Below the pieces are notes generated by a model that ran no database searches, was not told the DNA's origin, and worked only from the letters and a program-made list of their open reading frames with translations. Below, piece by piece: positions 38,982 through 48,840 of a stretch of 64,000 nt of DNA. The stretch is from a virus. Every line of letters begins with the position of its first letter. Position 1 is the stretch's first letter. Location of the stretch: IMG/VR virus record IMGVR_UViG_3300045988_074841; one strand, written 5' to 3'. Made by a program: the position numbers and the translations under genes.

Positions 38982-39374
38982 TTAATCTTTACTAGGTTCA
39001 ACATAATTTTCTACTTTCTCATAATGCTTAACGGCAAAATTATCATATACAGAAACAATAAACATGAACATATTATCACGTTTACCCCAAGTTTTATCTA
39101 ATTTACGTTTACGACCATAAACATCAACCGAACCATTAACATTGGCTTCAAGTTTAGCAACTTTATAATAATTACGTTTAACACTCCAAGCATTATTACT
39201 TTCAATTACATAAACATCGCCAACTTTAATAGGACAATTAGCTATAATATCAGCAGAAGCTTCTTTGTTAAGAGCTTCCATTTTACTCTTATATTCAGCT
39301 TCTATTTCTTCTTTTTTATTAATGTAACATTGCACACGTTCTTTAAAAGAAGGACTATTACTTGAACTACACAT
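38982..39374 (-). CDS. hypothetical protein (130 aa)
   Basis: ORF. Confidence 0.4.
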   Translation of the reverse strand: MCSSSNSPSFKERVQCYINKKEEIEAEYKSKMEALNKEASADIIANCPIKVGDVYVIESNNAWSVKRNYYKVAKLEANVNGSVDVYGRKRKLDKTWGKRDNMFMFIVSVYDNFAVKHYEKVENYVEPSKD

Positions 39375-39455
39375 TTTATTTAATATTTTAATTTTTAATT
39401 TGAGCGCATCAAATAATTTTCGTGATTAATTAATCGACTAAACTATTCAAATCGC

Positions 39456-39788
39456 TTAAAACTCAACAAAATTGTCATCTGATGAATTTGGTATCACTTC
39501 AATGTTCCATTCTGCCAGCGAAAACTCGACACTTTCATAAACATAATCAGGACGAACAACAACACCTTTATGATAATTATCATCAATAATAACAATAGTA
39601 GCATCTAAGAGAGTACCGATAACAGTACGACTATTATCTTTTTTGGTTAACTTTACAGTATCACCAAGGTTCAAATCATTTTCATCAAGAATACCATTAG
39701 ATATAGTATCTTTAATTCTAGCTACATCTTGTTCTTTTTGTTTAAGAACTCGAACTAGTCTAACAAAGCTATTATTATCAATATCCAT
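39456..39788 (-). CDS. hypothetical protein (110 aa)
   Basis: ORF. Confidence 0.4.
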   Translation of the reverse strand: MDIDNNSFVRLVRVLKQKEQDVARIKDTISNGILDENDLNLGDTVKLTKKDNSRTVIGTLLDATIVIIDDNYHKGVVVRPDYVYESVEFSLAEWNIEVIPNSSDDNFVEF

Positions 39789-41250
39789 ATCTCAAATACA
39801 CTTTTTCTTTAGCTCTACTAACAGCAACATAAAGCCGCTTATTAATATCACTAGCATTAGTATAAGGTCTACCATACTTATCATAAACAATATCCATAAC
39901 ATCTACCATGCTTACATTGTAAGTTGAGCCTTGAGACTTATGACTACTAATAGCAAAACCATAATCTAAATCTCTATAATAAAGAATAGAACCATCAGGT
40001 CTACCAATATTAACAAGAAGAAGACAAGATTCTTTAAACTTATAATAAGCTTTCCACTTAGTAGCACGAATATCTCTACGAGCATTCTTAGCTTGTTGAA
40101 TTAAATCATCAGCAATCTTACAATACATAGCCATAGTATACTTATCTCTATGGTCTATAATAAATAATGGAGAAGTAACTTGACCACCAAATACAGCTTG
40201 AAATTTAACCATGAAACCTTTAAGTTCATATTGTGGATGAGTATAGTTAGCTATCTCTTTTACAATATAATCTTCACTATTCTGAATAATCGCATCATTA
40301 AATTGGTCTACAATAGTGACATAAGAAGTAATCAAATCATTCTTAGTAATAACAGATTTTTCACTGTCTTTAATTATAGTTTCTCTAATAAATTTATTCC
40401 AATTAGAAACAGCTTTATTAGTATAAGATATAACTTTGACATAATCAGTATTATGAGTAATTGATTCGTCACTAAATTGTTTCATAACTTCTTGCTGAAA
40501 TTGAGCAGAATTACAAACTACAAATCCTTTAGTCATAGTATTATCAAATTTACTACGATTACGAGATATGTAATTTAGGAAGTTAAAAGTTCCATTATAA
40601 ACATCACCACGAAGAAGTTCAGTAAGAGTTCTTATAGGATTATCTTCATCTTGTCGTACAACTTGAGTTAGCTTAAAAGATTGAACACCTTTAAAAGCAT
40701 AACTATCTCTCTCATTTACAGGGGGGATTTGACAATCGTCCCCACATAGAATAAGTTTAATACTATACCTTTTCATCATCTTATCAATATAACCAACAAG
40801 ACTACGATTAAGCATAGAACTTTCATCTACTATATATAGACGATAATCTTCAATCTTTATACGACCATAAGAAGCAAAAGTAACATTGTTAATATCAAAC
40901 TTTTCAATATCATAATTAGGTTTAAAACCAAAATCAGATTGAATGGTATTAACATTACAATTAGTACCTCTAATACTATTTTTAAGAACCCTACAAGCTT
41001 TATGGCTTGGAGCACTTAATCCTATTTCAGAAAATGGTATGTTACAATCTTGAAGTAAAGCTTTAAGAAGGAAAGTTTTACCAGTTCCACCACGACCAAT
41101 TAAAGCACGCTTAAAATCTTTAGGATTATAAGGTTCATTAATAAACTTAATAAGTCCATTATAAGCTTTTGTTTGGTCATCAGTAAAAGTAAACTTTTTA
41201 GCTCTATTTTTATTAGGAGTATTTATAGTAAATTCATCAGTATTACTCAT
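39778..41250 (-). CDS. SF1B DNA helicase, Dda/RecD-like
   Basis: Walker A GRGGTGKTF, motif II IVDESSML and motif VI SSHKSQGST (Dda/RecD T-V-HKSQGS signature). Confidence 0.8.
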   Translation of the reverse strand: MSNTDEFTINTPNKNRAKKFTFTDDQTKAYNGLIKFINEPYNPKDFKRALIGRGGTGKTFLLKALLQDCNIPFSEIGLSAPSHKACRVLKNSIRGTNCNVNTIQSDFGFKPNYDIEKFDINNVTFASYGRIKIEDYRLYIVDESSMLNRSLVGYIDKMMKRYSIKLILCGDDCQIPPVNERDSYAFKGVQSFKLTQVVRQDEDNPIRTLTELLRGDVYNGTFNFLNYISRNRSKFDNTMTKGFVVCNSAQFQQEVMKQFSDESITHNTDYVKVISYTNKAVSNWNKFIRETIIKDSEKSVITKNDLITSYVTIVDQFNDAIIQNSEDYIVKEIANYTHPQYELKGFMVKFQAVFGGQVTSPLFIIDHRDKYTMAMYCKIADDLIQQAKNARRDIRATKWKAYYKFKESCLLLVNIGRPDGSILYYRDLDYGFAISSHKSQGSTYNVSMVDVMDIVYDKYGRPYTNASDINKRLYVAVSRAKEKVYLRYGY

Positions 41251-41759
41251 TATATATCCTCCTCATCATCTATTAAATGTTTAACATTATAATCATGACC
41301 AACTAGAGTTAAAATTCTATTGAATTTAGCATAAAGTTTACCATCAATTCTAACAATCCAACAAGAACAAATCCAGTTATGACAAAAAGGTACATAACGA
41401 TTAGGGTCTGCTTTCTTGAATATTCTATCACTTTCACTAAGAAGTAAACTAATATATTGTCTATTCCTTTGACCAACTCTAGTGAATATACGTTCACATT
41501 TAGTTAAATCATAAGAATCTTCAGTAAAAGGAAGAGTTACTCCATCTTTACCTATATCACTTATATTAGTATCTTTGGTAAGTCTATTAATATAATCAAA
41601 GTATTTAATACGAACAGTAAAATTACCTTGTTCATCTTGAATAACTTGACCAGGAACTAATTTAGTTAACTTCTTATTAGGAAGTATAGTTGGTGCTCTA
41701 CGTTTAGTAGAAGCTTTAGGCTTAAATACAAATTTAAGCTTAGAATAATCTACATTCAT
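41250..41759 (-). CDS. hypothetical protein (169 aa)
   Basis: ORF with start/stop overlap. Confidence 0.4.
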   Translation of the reverse strand: MNVDYSKLKFVFKPKASTKRRAPTILPNKKLTKLVPGQVIQDEQGNFTVRIKYFDYINRLTKDTNISDIGKDGVTLPFTEDSYDLTKCERIFTRVGQRNRQYISLLLSESDRIFKKADPNRYVPFCHNWICSCWIVRIDGKLYAKFNRILTLVGHDYNVKHLIDDEEDI

Positions 41760-42025
41760 TTCTTTTTGTTTGTTAGTTTATGTTCTTTCTTAATCTTCTT
41801 AGCTTCTCTAGCACTTACAGTAGCATCTTCAAAATTAAGATTACTAGCTTTAACGTTTTTAGCACGATAAAGAATGTAACCACAATAATGAATTAAGAAG
41901 TCAATTCTACCCCAAGTGTGGATACCAATTACAGCATCTGTTGGAATAATGATACGATTACCATTAATCTCAGCTACTTTTGATACACACTTTAAATCCT
42001 TTCTTTCATCATGTTTCTTTGCCAT
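41756..42025 (-). CDS. hypothetical protein (89 aa)
   Basis: ORF. Confidence 0.35.
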   Translation of the reverse strand: MAKKHDERKDLKCVSKVAEINGNRIIIPTDAVIGIHTWGRIDFLIHYCGYILYRAKNVKASNLNFEDATVSAREAKKIKKEHKLTNKKK

Positions 42026-42037
42026 TTTACAAAAAGT

Positions 42038-42280
42038 TTAATTAATACTATTATTATTTAATACAGCATGAATGTAATCACGCTTTTCTTTATCATATTT
42101 AGCTCCAAGTATTCTAATCATATCTTGAGCACACATAAGATTATGTTTTCTAACTCCAAATATAACATTAAGAGCTTTATGAAAATCTTTAGTAGCAAGC
42201 ATAGTATTATATATTAATTTAAAACCAGCTTTACTATTAAGAGTTTCACTATTATGAAAAGGAATAAATGGTGTTCTCAT
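42038..42280 (-). CDS. hypothetical protein (80 aa)
   Basis: ORF. Confidence 0.35.
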   Translation of the reverse strand: MRTPFIPFHNSETLNSKAGFKLIYNTMLATKDFHKALNVIFGVRKHNLMCAQDMIRILGAKYDKEKRDYIHAVLNNNSIN

Positions 42281-42332
42281 AACCTTATTATATTAATAAA
42301 TTAATACTATTATTACCTCATCAATAATATAA

Positions 42333-42602
42333 TTATACTAAACGTTCTATTGGTATTTTTTCATTAAAATATTTAAATCCTATAGGAGCAAGAATAACAT
42401 ATATAACGTTCTTACTATTTATGATAGCACTATGAACTTTATATTTTCTGTTATTATAAATAATTTCATCGCCAACATGAATATTATAAGATTCTAATAC
42501 TTTATTACTTAAAGCAGTACGTTCTTTTTTATATTCAACTTTAGCTTTTTCAAGAATACCTTTAGTTTCTTTAAGTTTAGCTTTAAATTCTTTTGCTTCC
42601 AT
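42333..42602 (-). CDS. hypothetical protein (89 aa)
   Basis: ORF. Confidence 0.35.
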   Translation of the reverse strand: MEAKEFKAKLKETKGILEKAKVEYKKERTALSNKVLESYNIHVGDEIIYNNRKYKVHSAIINSKNVIYVILAPIGFKYFNEKIPIERLV

Positions 42603-42697
42603 AACTCTATTATTTTAATTATTAATATTAGAAGTTCTGCTCGGTTTCGCACCATAAGCCGTATTACTACACTTAGCAGAACTTAAAGTATTACATT

Positions 42698-43042
42698 CTA
42701 GCCTCCCCGTAAAAGGAATGTTAGTATGTAATCATTTTCCTTTTCTAACTTATCCCATACATTAAGTATGAAATCAATACCAGCATGTCTAACAGCAATT
42801 ATATCTTTAATTACAGTAGTCATATCATGCTGACTTAATTTCATAAGAAAATATATAGTTCTAAAACCTCTACGAGTATTAAGAGGAAAGTTATAAGGAA
42901 TAATATAACCTTTACGTTTTGAAGAACATTTATAAAAGTCTTTCTTATAAACATAACCATTACATTGTACAACTTCTCCAAAATCAGGCGCACAACAATG
43001 TCTTATATCAAATTGATAAAGACAACTATTACATAGTATCAT
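42698..43042 (-). CDS. hypothetical Cys-rich protein (114 aa) ending in motif-encoded LLRGG
   Basis: ORF. Confidence 0.35.
   Translation of the reverse strand: MILCNSCLYQFDIRHCCAPDFGEVVQCNGYVYKKDFYKCSSKRKGYIIPYNFPLNTRRGFRTIYFLMKLSQHDMTTVIKDIIAVRHAGIDFILNVWDKLEKENDYILTFLLRGG
42701..42717 (-). repeat. GC-rich motif variant GCCTCCCCGTAAAAGGA at the C-terminus/stop of - gene 42698..43042
   Basis: direct reading of sequence. Confidence 0.7.
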
Positions 43043-43218
43043 AGTCTACCCTTTCTTCTTCTAATAGCTCTACGTCTACTTTCTCTACGTTGAGCCTTAC
43101 CATCAGGAAAACTACTACTACAAGCTTTTAAACCAGGTCGTTCATTATCACTAAGTATAATACTTTGAGTATTATAATAGTTTCTAGCATTACCTATATA
43201 AATATCTTCGTCACCCAT
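43039..43218 (-). CDS. small basic protein (59 aa, Arg-rich C-terminus), below the ORF-track cutoff
   Basis: Hand-translated MGDEDIYIGNARNYYNTQSIILSDNERPGLKACSSSFPDGKAQRRESRRRAIRRRKGRL. Its stop overlaps the downstream start (ATGA). Confidence 0.3.
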   Translation of the reverse strand: MGDEDIYIGNARNYYNTQSIILSDNERPGLKACSSSFPDGKAQRRESRRRAIRRRKGRL

Positions 43219-43447
43219 AATTAATTCTTATTTTAAATGGTTTATTAATACCTTCATAAGAAACAAAAGTATGATATATTATATCATGTTTCTTATGCTT
43301 AAACTTATTATATAAAATTTCAGCTACAGCACTTATAGTAAAATAATCAATAGCATTAGTATTAAAACTAGCTTTAATTTCATTACGTAAAAGTATTATA
43401 GCTTCAGTGTCTTTATTCCTAAGTTGAGCTTGAGTTACAATTATCAT
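43211..43447 (-). CDS. hypothetical protein (78 aa)
   Basis: ORF. Confidence 0.35.
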   Translation of the reverse strand: MIIVTQAQLRNKDTEAIILLRNEIKASFNTNAIDYFTISAVAEILYNKFKHKKHDIIYHTFVSYEGINKPFKIRINYG

Positions 43448-43866
43448 TATTTGCTATGTTCATCTAAATATTTATATATACAATCAATAGCTTTATCAGG
43501 TAATTGTTTAGCTTTATCATTAGTACGAATATAATCTATAGTATTACCCATACCATATATTACATACAATTTAGATTCACTAGGAACAAAAAATGATATA
43601 ATAATCATAACAATACCAATAATAAGTTTTCTATTAGCACGTTTAATAGCATCTTTTGCTATTAATCTATCTGCTCGTTTAGTATACTTATCTATATCAA
43701 TAGCATCATAAAACCATTTATGATATGTATTACTATAATATCCACATCTATCATAATTATAAAATTGAATATAAATATAACAAGCGAATAGTACTAAAAG
43801 AGCACCAATACCAGCTATAATTCTAGCAAGTATAGGCACTAAATAAAACCAATATAATATACTCAT
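43447..43866 (-). CDS. hypothetical membrane protein (139 aa, multiple TM segments)
   Basis: hydrophobic stretches at the N-terminus and mid-protein. Confidence 0.4.
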   Translation of the reverse strand: MSILYWFYLVPILARIIAGIGALLVLFACYIYIQFYNYDRCGYYSNTYHKWFYDAIDIDKYTKRADRLIAKDAIKRANRKLIIGIVMIIISFFVPSESKLYVIYGMGNTIDYIRTNDKAKQLPDKAIDCIYKYLDEHSK

Positions 43867-44115
43867 TTTATTTAATATTTTAAATTCTTGTATAAAGCCC
43901 TCAATTAATTTGCCGATAAACTTATCAGCTAAACTAATTGAGAGCTATTAAACCTAGGAAATTACGTAAGAATTGAATTTACTCATCGTAAAGACCGGAC
44001 TGCTCAAGCATAATTGCTTGGTCAGCCTGCATATCAGAGTAAATATCATTAAGTACATCATCACTAAGAATAATAGTACTTGGAATATCAGGAAGTTTAT
44101 TATCTTTATTCATAA

Positions 44116-44379
44116 CTAACTTGCTTTTTCAAGATGAATACTAGCGCAGTCAAACTGCACTTTACTACCTAATTTACCTTTAAGACAAAGGTCTTTTACG
44201 GCACATTGAGGACACTTAACCCCATTAGCCATAACATTGTATATATTACCAGCAATTACAATACCAGTTATAACATTTTCTTCCATAATTATATCTATTA
44301 AAATTAAAAAACCACTACTACTTTCACAAGCAATAGTGGTATATCCTTTGAATAAATTTATGAATACGTTTTTACACAC
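44116..44379 (-). CDS. hypothetical Cys-rich protein (87 aa)
   Basis: ORF. Confidence 0.3.
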   Translation of the reverse strand: MCKNVFINLFKGYTTIACESSSGFLILIDIIMEENVITGIVIAGNIYNVMANGVKCPQCAVKDLCLKGKLGSKVQFDCASIHLEKAS

Positions 44380-44396
44380 TTGTAAAACACCAGTCT

Positions 44397-44819
44397 TTAT
44401 ATGAAAAATAGAATAATAACACTAATTACAAGAGCAACAATAGTAGCAAATAATATACGTGCTTCTTTATTACGTGTTCTAATAGTTTTCTCAAGAGAAT
44501 CAATTCTACCATAAAGAGCTTTATTATGCTCTTCAAGAGAAGCAATACTCTTATTTTTATTATCTATTGTTGCATTAAGAGCAGCAATAGTTTTTTCTTG
44601 ATTACTTTGAATCTCTTCACTCATATCAAGAGAATCTTTAAGAGTTTCAACTCTCTTTTCACTAGTAAGTTGAAGCTTTCTAAATGTATCAACAGTCTTA
44701 CTAAGTTTACGTTCAACATCGTCTTTACGAAGAACGATATTAACTAATTCATCAACACTCTTTTTACGTAGTGTAGTTCTACGTCTTTTATCATTAGCTG
44801 ATAATTCTTTTTCTTTCAT
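44397..44819 (-). CDS. hypothetical coiled-coil protein with C-terminal TM anchor (140 aa)
   Basis: ORF with heptad-like sequence and a C-terminal ILFATIVALVISVIILFFI. Confidence 0.4.
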   Translation of the reverse strand: MKEKELSANDKRRRTTLRKKSVDELVNIVLRKDDVERKLSKTVDTFRKLQLTSEKRVETLKDSLDMSEEIQSNQEKTIAALNATIDNKNKSIASLEEHNKALYGRIDSLEKTIRTRNKEARILFATIVALVISVIILFFI

Positions 44820-45040
44820 AATACTCTTATGTTTTAATTATTCGTATAATATATTATTACTAAGTTCATCATAGCTAGCATCATCACCAACCATGATTTC
44901 ACCAAATAAGTCATAGTCATCAATATCGTGACTAGTACAGAATGCGTCAATATCTTGAGCATTATAATCAAATTCATTATCTTGTATCATAACTATTATT
45001 ATTAATTATAATGCAAAGATAATGAATTTAATCTATCATA

Positions 45041-45056
45041 TCTTCTACGGGGCGGC
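45041..45056 (+). repeat. GC-rich motif copy TCTTCTACGGGGCGGC, intergenic, 17 nt after stop of - gene 45073..45261
   Basis: direct reading of sequence. Confidence 0.8.
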
Positions 45057-45072
45057 TAGATTAACTTATATT

Positions 45073-45261
45073 TTAAGCAATACTAGCAGTCTTAACACTA
45101 AAAGGATGAATATTAACTATTCTACCTTTATAACCATAAGTCTTAAATCTAGACTTAGCAATTTTCTTAGCATGAGTAAGACCTTTACTAGTAGAAATCA
45201 TAAGACTACCATCAGCACGTTCTTTAAGTCTACTACTAACAAAATAATATCTTGTACACAT
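45073..45261 (-). CDS. hypothetical basic protein (62 aa)
   Basis: ORF. Confidence 0.3.
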   Translation of the reverse strand: MCTRYYFVSSRLKERADGSLMISTSKGLTHAKKIAKSRFKTYGYKGRIVNIHPFSVKTASIA

Positions 45262-45329
45262 AAGTTCTCCTTATTTAAATTAATAAATAGTAGTAGCACT
45301 ATTTCTAGCACTACTACTTATAGTTATTA

Positions 45330-45827
45330 TTAAATGTCACCAAACATCATCTTCTCTGCTAATTTGTCTAACATTTTAAGACCAAAAGCACTAAGACGAA
45401 TATTAAACACATGATTATAGAAACTATTATGCTGAACTACTGTAGGAACAGCATTATTACTAAATGGATTAGTATACTCCTGACCCTCAGCTACAGCTTC
45501 TTGAATGATGTTAATTTTAGCACCACTAAGAACTACATTAAGAGCTTTAGGATGCTGAATCAAATGATTACCAGCAAATGCTACATCCTCATTCTCTCTA
45601 AGAGCACCAACAATAGAATAGTTACCAACGAAGATGATATTGCTTTCACCTTCAACATAACTACCATCTTCTTGAGCAACCATAGCTTTTACTGGTTTAT
45701 CAAGAGTAATAGCAACTCTATTATAAGTTTCACACTCAGTAACGTTAATGTTACGTACTACTAAATCCTTGACTACATTGTTAGTCTCAACTGCCATCAG
45801 CTGGCTAATAACTTTCTTTGTGTCCAT
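45330..45827 (-). CDS. hypothetical protein (165 aa)
   Basis: ORF. Confidence 0.4.
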   Translation of the reverse strand: MDTKKVISQLMAVETNNVVKDLVVRNINVTECETYNRVAITLDKPVKAMVAQEDGSYVEGESNIIFVGNYSIVGALRENEDVAFAGNHLIQHPKALNVVLSGAKINIIQEAVAEGQEYTNPFSNNAVPTVVQHNSFYNHVFNIRLSAFGLKMLDKLAEKMMFGDI

Positions 45828-45945
45828 AATTTAAATAATTAAAATGTTTATAATATTGTTAATTAACACGATTACTAATTAAACTAGTACTATCTTCACA
45901 GACCGTACTAGTAACAGAACTTTATTTATTGGAAATGGGAAGGCT

Positions 45946-46131
45946 TTATTCATCTTTATTATTTTTAGCATTACCAATTATATAACTACCACTTATAATA
46001 AGCAGTATAAAACCAATGACATTAGTAATACTTATATGGTCATCAGTACCATGACTAATAAGTACTAAAGATAATAGCAGCATTGGTACTACTATTATCT
46101 TCATTATATATTTCATTAAATCTATGTTCAT
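45946..46131 (-). CDS. small membrane protein (61 aa)
   Basis: ORF with a hydrophobic core. Confidence 0.3.
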   Translation of the reverse strand: MNIDLMKYIMKIIVVPMLLLSLVLISHGTDDHISITNVIGFILLIISGSYIIGNAKNNKDE

Positions 46132-46370
46132 AGTTCTTCTATAAGTTTAATATTTATATCATCACTATCATCAATATCAATTAAATTATCATTGATAATA
46201 TCACAATCATCAACAACAGGATAGTCTTCAAGAGTAGCAAATACTTCTCTAAATTTATCAGTATCATTAAGATTATTATCACTATTAATAGCATGAACAC
46301 GCTTTACTATATTAATAAGTGAAATAATATCACTCTTAGTGATACCTATTGTATTTTGTTTCCAAAGCAT
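46128..46370 (-). CDS. hypothetical acidic protein (80 aa), first annotated gene of the leftward operon
   Basis: ORF. The same frame stays open upstream without ATG through about 46730. Confidence 0.35.
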   Translation of the reverse strand: MLWKQNTIGITKSDIISLINIVKRVHAINSDNNLNDTDKFREVFATLEDYPVVDDCDIINDNLIDIDDSDDINIKLIEEL

Positions 46371-47005
46371 AACATTAATAAGTTTAAAAGTAAAACATTA
46401 GAATTATTATAAGTATCAGTTATAGTATCAATAGCAGTAGTAAGAATAGTAAAATAAATACTATTATTTACGTAACTAACTGAAAGATAAGATAGTATAA
46501 GAGATACAGTATGAGTAGTATAAGTTATAGCAGTAACATTAATAGTGTTATTTATATTATTACTATAAGGAATACGAGTAGGGTAAGAAAGAGTAATTGT
46601 AGTAGTAATTAGAAGATGAGAAAGTGAGGCTGTTTCAGCAACACTATCTTTAACTTTCTCACCTTCAATTACACTTACTTCTACATTAGTACAATTATTG
46701 CCATCACAATCATACTTATTACTCCGAGAATAATCTCAAAATTAGCACACTTATTATATTCTTTTTGATTAAACATATCTTTATTTGTTTTATTATTATT
46801 ATTATTAACTCTTATTAGTAGGTGTAGCATTATCTGTACTACTCATTTCATTCGCAGTACGAACTATTTGTGCTCCATTACTAACTATATTATATATGTA
46901 TATCTATATAAGATATAGGAAATTTCATAAGTATTTGATAATTAATTAGTTAGCTAAATTAGCAATATTGGAATACGACATTTCGGTACTCTAAAATAGC
47001 CAAAA

Positions 47006-47081
47006 AATATTGGATTCCGATATTTTAAAAGTTATTAATATCAGATTTCGATATTTTTTATTATCTTTGTAATATCGAAAT
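47006..47081. promoter_or_regulatory. operator-like palindromes (AATATTGGA direct repeat at 46964/47006; TTCGATATT-15 nt-AATATCGAA inverted repeat at 47047-47079) upstream of gene 47102..47701
   Basis: direct reading. The sites sit 20-140 nt upstream of the start codon of a putative DNA-binding protein. Confidence 0.4.
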
Positions 47082-47101
47082 AAGACATAAAAATAGCAAT
47101 T

Positions 47102-47701
47102 ATGAATCAAAAGTACTGTATGAAAGTAGGAGATAAGCTAATAGAAATAGCTAATCCTAAGATGAACGCTAATAAGCGTAGGTATATTAACAAAGCTAGT
47201 GAGAATTATGATAAAGCCGCTAGCAAAGTTATTAAAACTGTTTTTACTCTTAATACTAATCGTAATAAAGATAGTGAAGAAATATATGAAGGTTTAAAAG
47301 GTCAAATACTTCTAAACAAACCAGGAAAGATTAAGAGAAAAAGTTATCACACAGTAAATAATGATTTTTGGATTTATATAGAAGATTTAAATCCACAACA
47401 AGTAGTTCTACTTATTTATATATCTTGTCACTTAGATTATAATAGTAATGTATTTGTAGCTGATTATGAACAAATATCTAATGATTTACATCTTAGTTTG
47501 TCACGTACAAAGAACTTATTTACTGAACTACTTGCTATTCCTAATCAAATAATAGCTAAAACCAATATAGCTAAAGTATATCTTATAAATCATAATGTAC
47601 TATTTAGAGGTAGTTATGATGAATTTATAGAAATATACAATGAGTTATATGATGGTGAACAAGCTTGTTTTGATGATAAGAATAGAGTCATCATTGCTTA
47701 A
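47102..47701 (+). CDS. putative DNA-binding protein (wHTH-like), candidate replication initiator or transcriptional regulator
   Basis: Isolated + strand gene within the control region. A helix-rich C-terminal half (QQVVLLIYISCHLDYNSN...ISNDLHLSLSRTKNLFTELL) resembles RepA/replisome-organiser-type HTH domains. It is flanked upstream by palindromes and downstream by iterons. Confidence 0.35.
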   Translation: MNQKYCMKVGDKLIEIANPKMNANKRRYINKASENYDKAASKVIKTVFTLNTNRNKDSEEIYEGLKGQILLNKPGKIKRKSYHTVNNDFWIYIEDLNPQQVVLLIYISCHLDYNSNVFVADYEQISNDLHLSLSRTKNLFTELLAIPNQIIAKTNIAKVYLINHNVLFRGSYDEFIEIYNELYDGEQACFDDKNRVIIA

Positions 47702-47707
47702 ACTATT

Positions 47708-47743
47708 AAAGGTGAACTTATTAAAGTTCACCTTTATTTATAT
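47708..47743. terminator. bidirectional terminator hairpin (12-bp perfect stem AAAGGTGAACTT/AAGTTCACCTTT, 4-nt loop) followed by ATTTATAT
   Basis: direct reading. It sits 7 nt after the stop of 47102..47701. Confidence 0.6.
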
Positions 47744-48020
47744 GATTATAAGGATATTCATAATCATCAATATTATCATAAATATCCTCATAATCAATAT
47801 CATTAATCAACTTTATTTCTAACATTGATTTCAACAATTTTATCGTAAGCAACATAAGGTGCATATTTATCATTACTAAAATATACACCTTTTGTATCAA
47901 ATCATCTACTTCAACGTTATTATAAACATTACCATTACTTGTAACAATAGTAACATTAACACTATCATCCTTTATAGGCATAATAGCTTCACAAATATTC
48001 ATCGCTAAATAATTATTCAT
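47721..48020 (-). CDS. hypothetical protein (99 aa), low confidence
   Basis: ORF. Its 3-prime end overlaps the terminator hairpin. Confidence 0.25.
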   Translation of the reverse strand: MNNYLAMNICEAIMPIKDDSVNVTIVTSNGNVYNNVEVDDLIQKVYILVMINMHLMLLTIKLLKSMLEIKLINDIDYEDIYDNIDDYEYPYNHINKGEL

Positions 48021-48103
48021 AATATAGTTCTCCTATTTTTAAATTAATACTTTTATTAGCAGTAGAACGCTTACTTTCACTATAAGTCATTTCCGCATCA
48101 AAA

Positions 48104-48174
48104 CCTTTTTTGTTCTTGTTGACAAGACCTTTTTAGTTCTTGTCGAGTACTTTTTATTTCTTGTTGACTAGTAG
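48104..48174. repeat. three iteron-like direct repeats CTTTTT(T/A)(G/T)TTCTTGT(T/C)GA(C/G) with about 23-bp periodicity
   Basis: direct reading: TTTTTTGTTCTTGTTGACAAGA / TTTTTAGTTCTTGTCGAGTAC / TTTTTATTTCTTGTTGACTAG. Confidence 0.6.
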
Positions 48175-48218
48175 CAACATGAGAAGCCACTCTAGCATAA
48201 GCTAGAGCAGCAACCATA

Positions 48219-48713
48219 TTAACGTAAACTCTTGCGAGTAGCAGTCCAAGCAACTCTACGAGCTTTGCAAGTAGCATAAGTCGTAGTATCACCATCATAA
48301 TCTAGAGCAAATCTACCAACAGCAGAAACACTGAGCAAATCAAACTTGCTAATATGAATACTGTCATAGACAGCAATAACCTTCTGACCATCACCATCAG
48401 TATACTCTTCACCAGCACTACGCTCAGTCTGCTCAATATCAACTTTAGCACCCATAAGAATATCCTCAATCTGTGCATCAGTAGGGTCAGTAGCCATAAG
48501 AGTAAATGCAACATCATCAGCAATATCACTGTTTGCTTCATTGATGAAGTGCATAAACTGCTTCATACTAATGTTGAGCATCTTACGCTTTCCATGGGCA
48601 AAAGCATTTGCTCTATCTAAGAAGTCAAACTCCTCAGATGTAGCAAGGTTAATCACTCTAGTACCAGTCTCAGCATTGCGAATTACATTCGCTGTAATAA
48701 TTGTTGTCTCCAT
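48219..48713 (-). CDS. hypothetical protein (164 aa) with atypical codon usage (G/C-ending codons), flanked by related direct repeats
   Basis: ORF. It is visibly higher in GC than its neighbours and frequently uses GAG/CAG/AAG/CTC codons. Confidence 0.5.
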   Translation of the reverse strand: METTIITANVIRNAETGTRVINLATSEEFDFLDRANAFAHGKRKMLNISMKQFMHFINEANSDIADDVAFTLMATDPTDAQIEDILMGAKVDIEQTERSAGEEYTDGDGQKVIAVYDSIHISKFDLLSVSAVGRFALDYDGDTTTYATCKARRVAWTATRKSLR

Positions 48714-48785
48714 TTGTAATAAGTTTTGGAAATTAATAACAAACTAGTTCACGACTAGCTAGCAGAAGTCCTTCTCCTACCAAAA

Positions 48786-48840
48786 CTTTTTTAGTTGTTG
48801 CATGACTAAAATTTTTCAGTTGTTGATGAGTAGGGGGGGG
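48786..48840. repeat. two further repeats of the TTTTT(A/C)GTTGTTG family (48786-48806, 48811-48830) followed by a G8 homopolymer (48833-48840)
   Basis: direct reading. Confidence 0.55.

Noticed and set aside
40722-40728. GGGGGG run inside the helicase gene as another copy of the GC-rich motif
   Set aside because: Flanking sequence (ACAGGGGGGATTTGAC) does not match the CTACGGGG core; it simply encodes Pro-Pro.
18020-46370. Reverse transcriptase / diversity-generating retroelement, integrase, or toxin-antitoxin pairs in the leftward block
   Set aside because: No ORF shows RT motifs (YxDD with upstream motifs), recombinase catalytic residues or recognisable TA domains; nothing to support such a call from sequence alone.
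48098-48298. 66-aa - strand ORF overlapping the iteron-like repeats and the 3-prime end of 48219..48713
   Set aside because: It overlaps a better ORF in another frame and consists largely of the direct-repeat DNA.
48104-48830. Possible CRISPR array (short direct repeats with spacers)
   Set aside because: Only 3+2 degenerate repeats of about 20 nt with no regular repeat-spacer periodicity and no cas genes; an iteron/promoter-type repeat set is more consistent.
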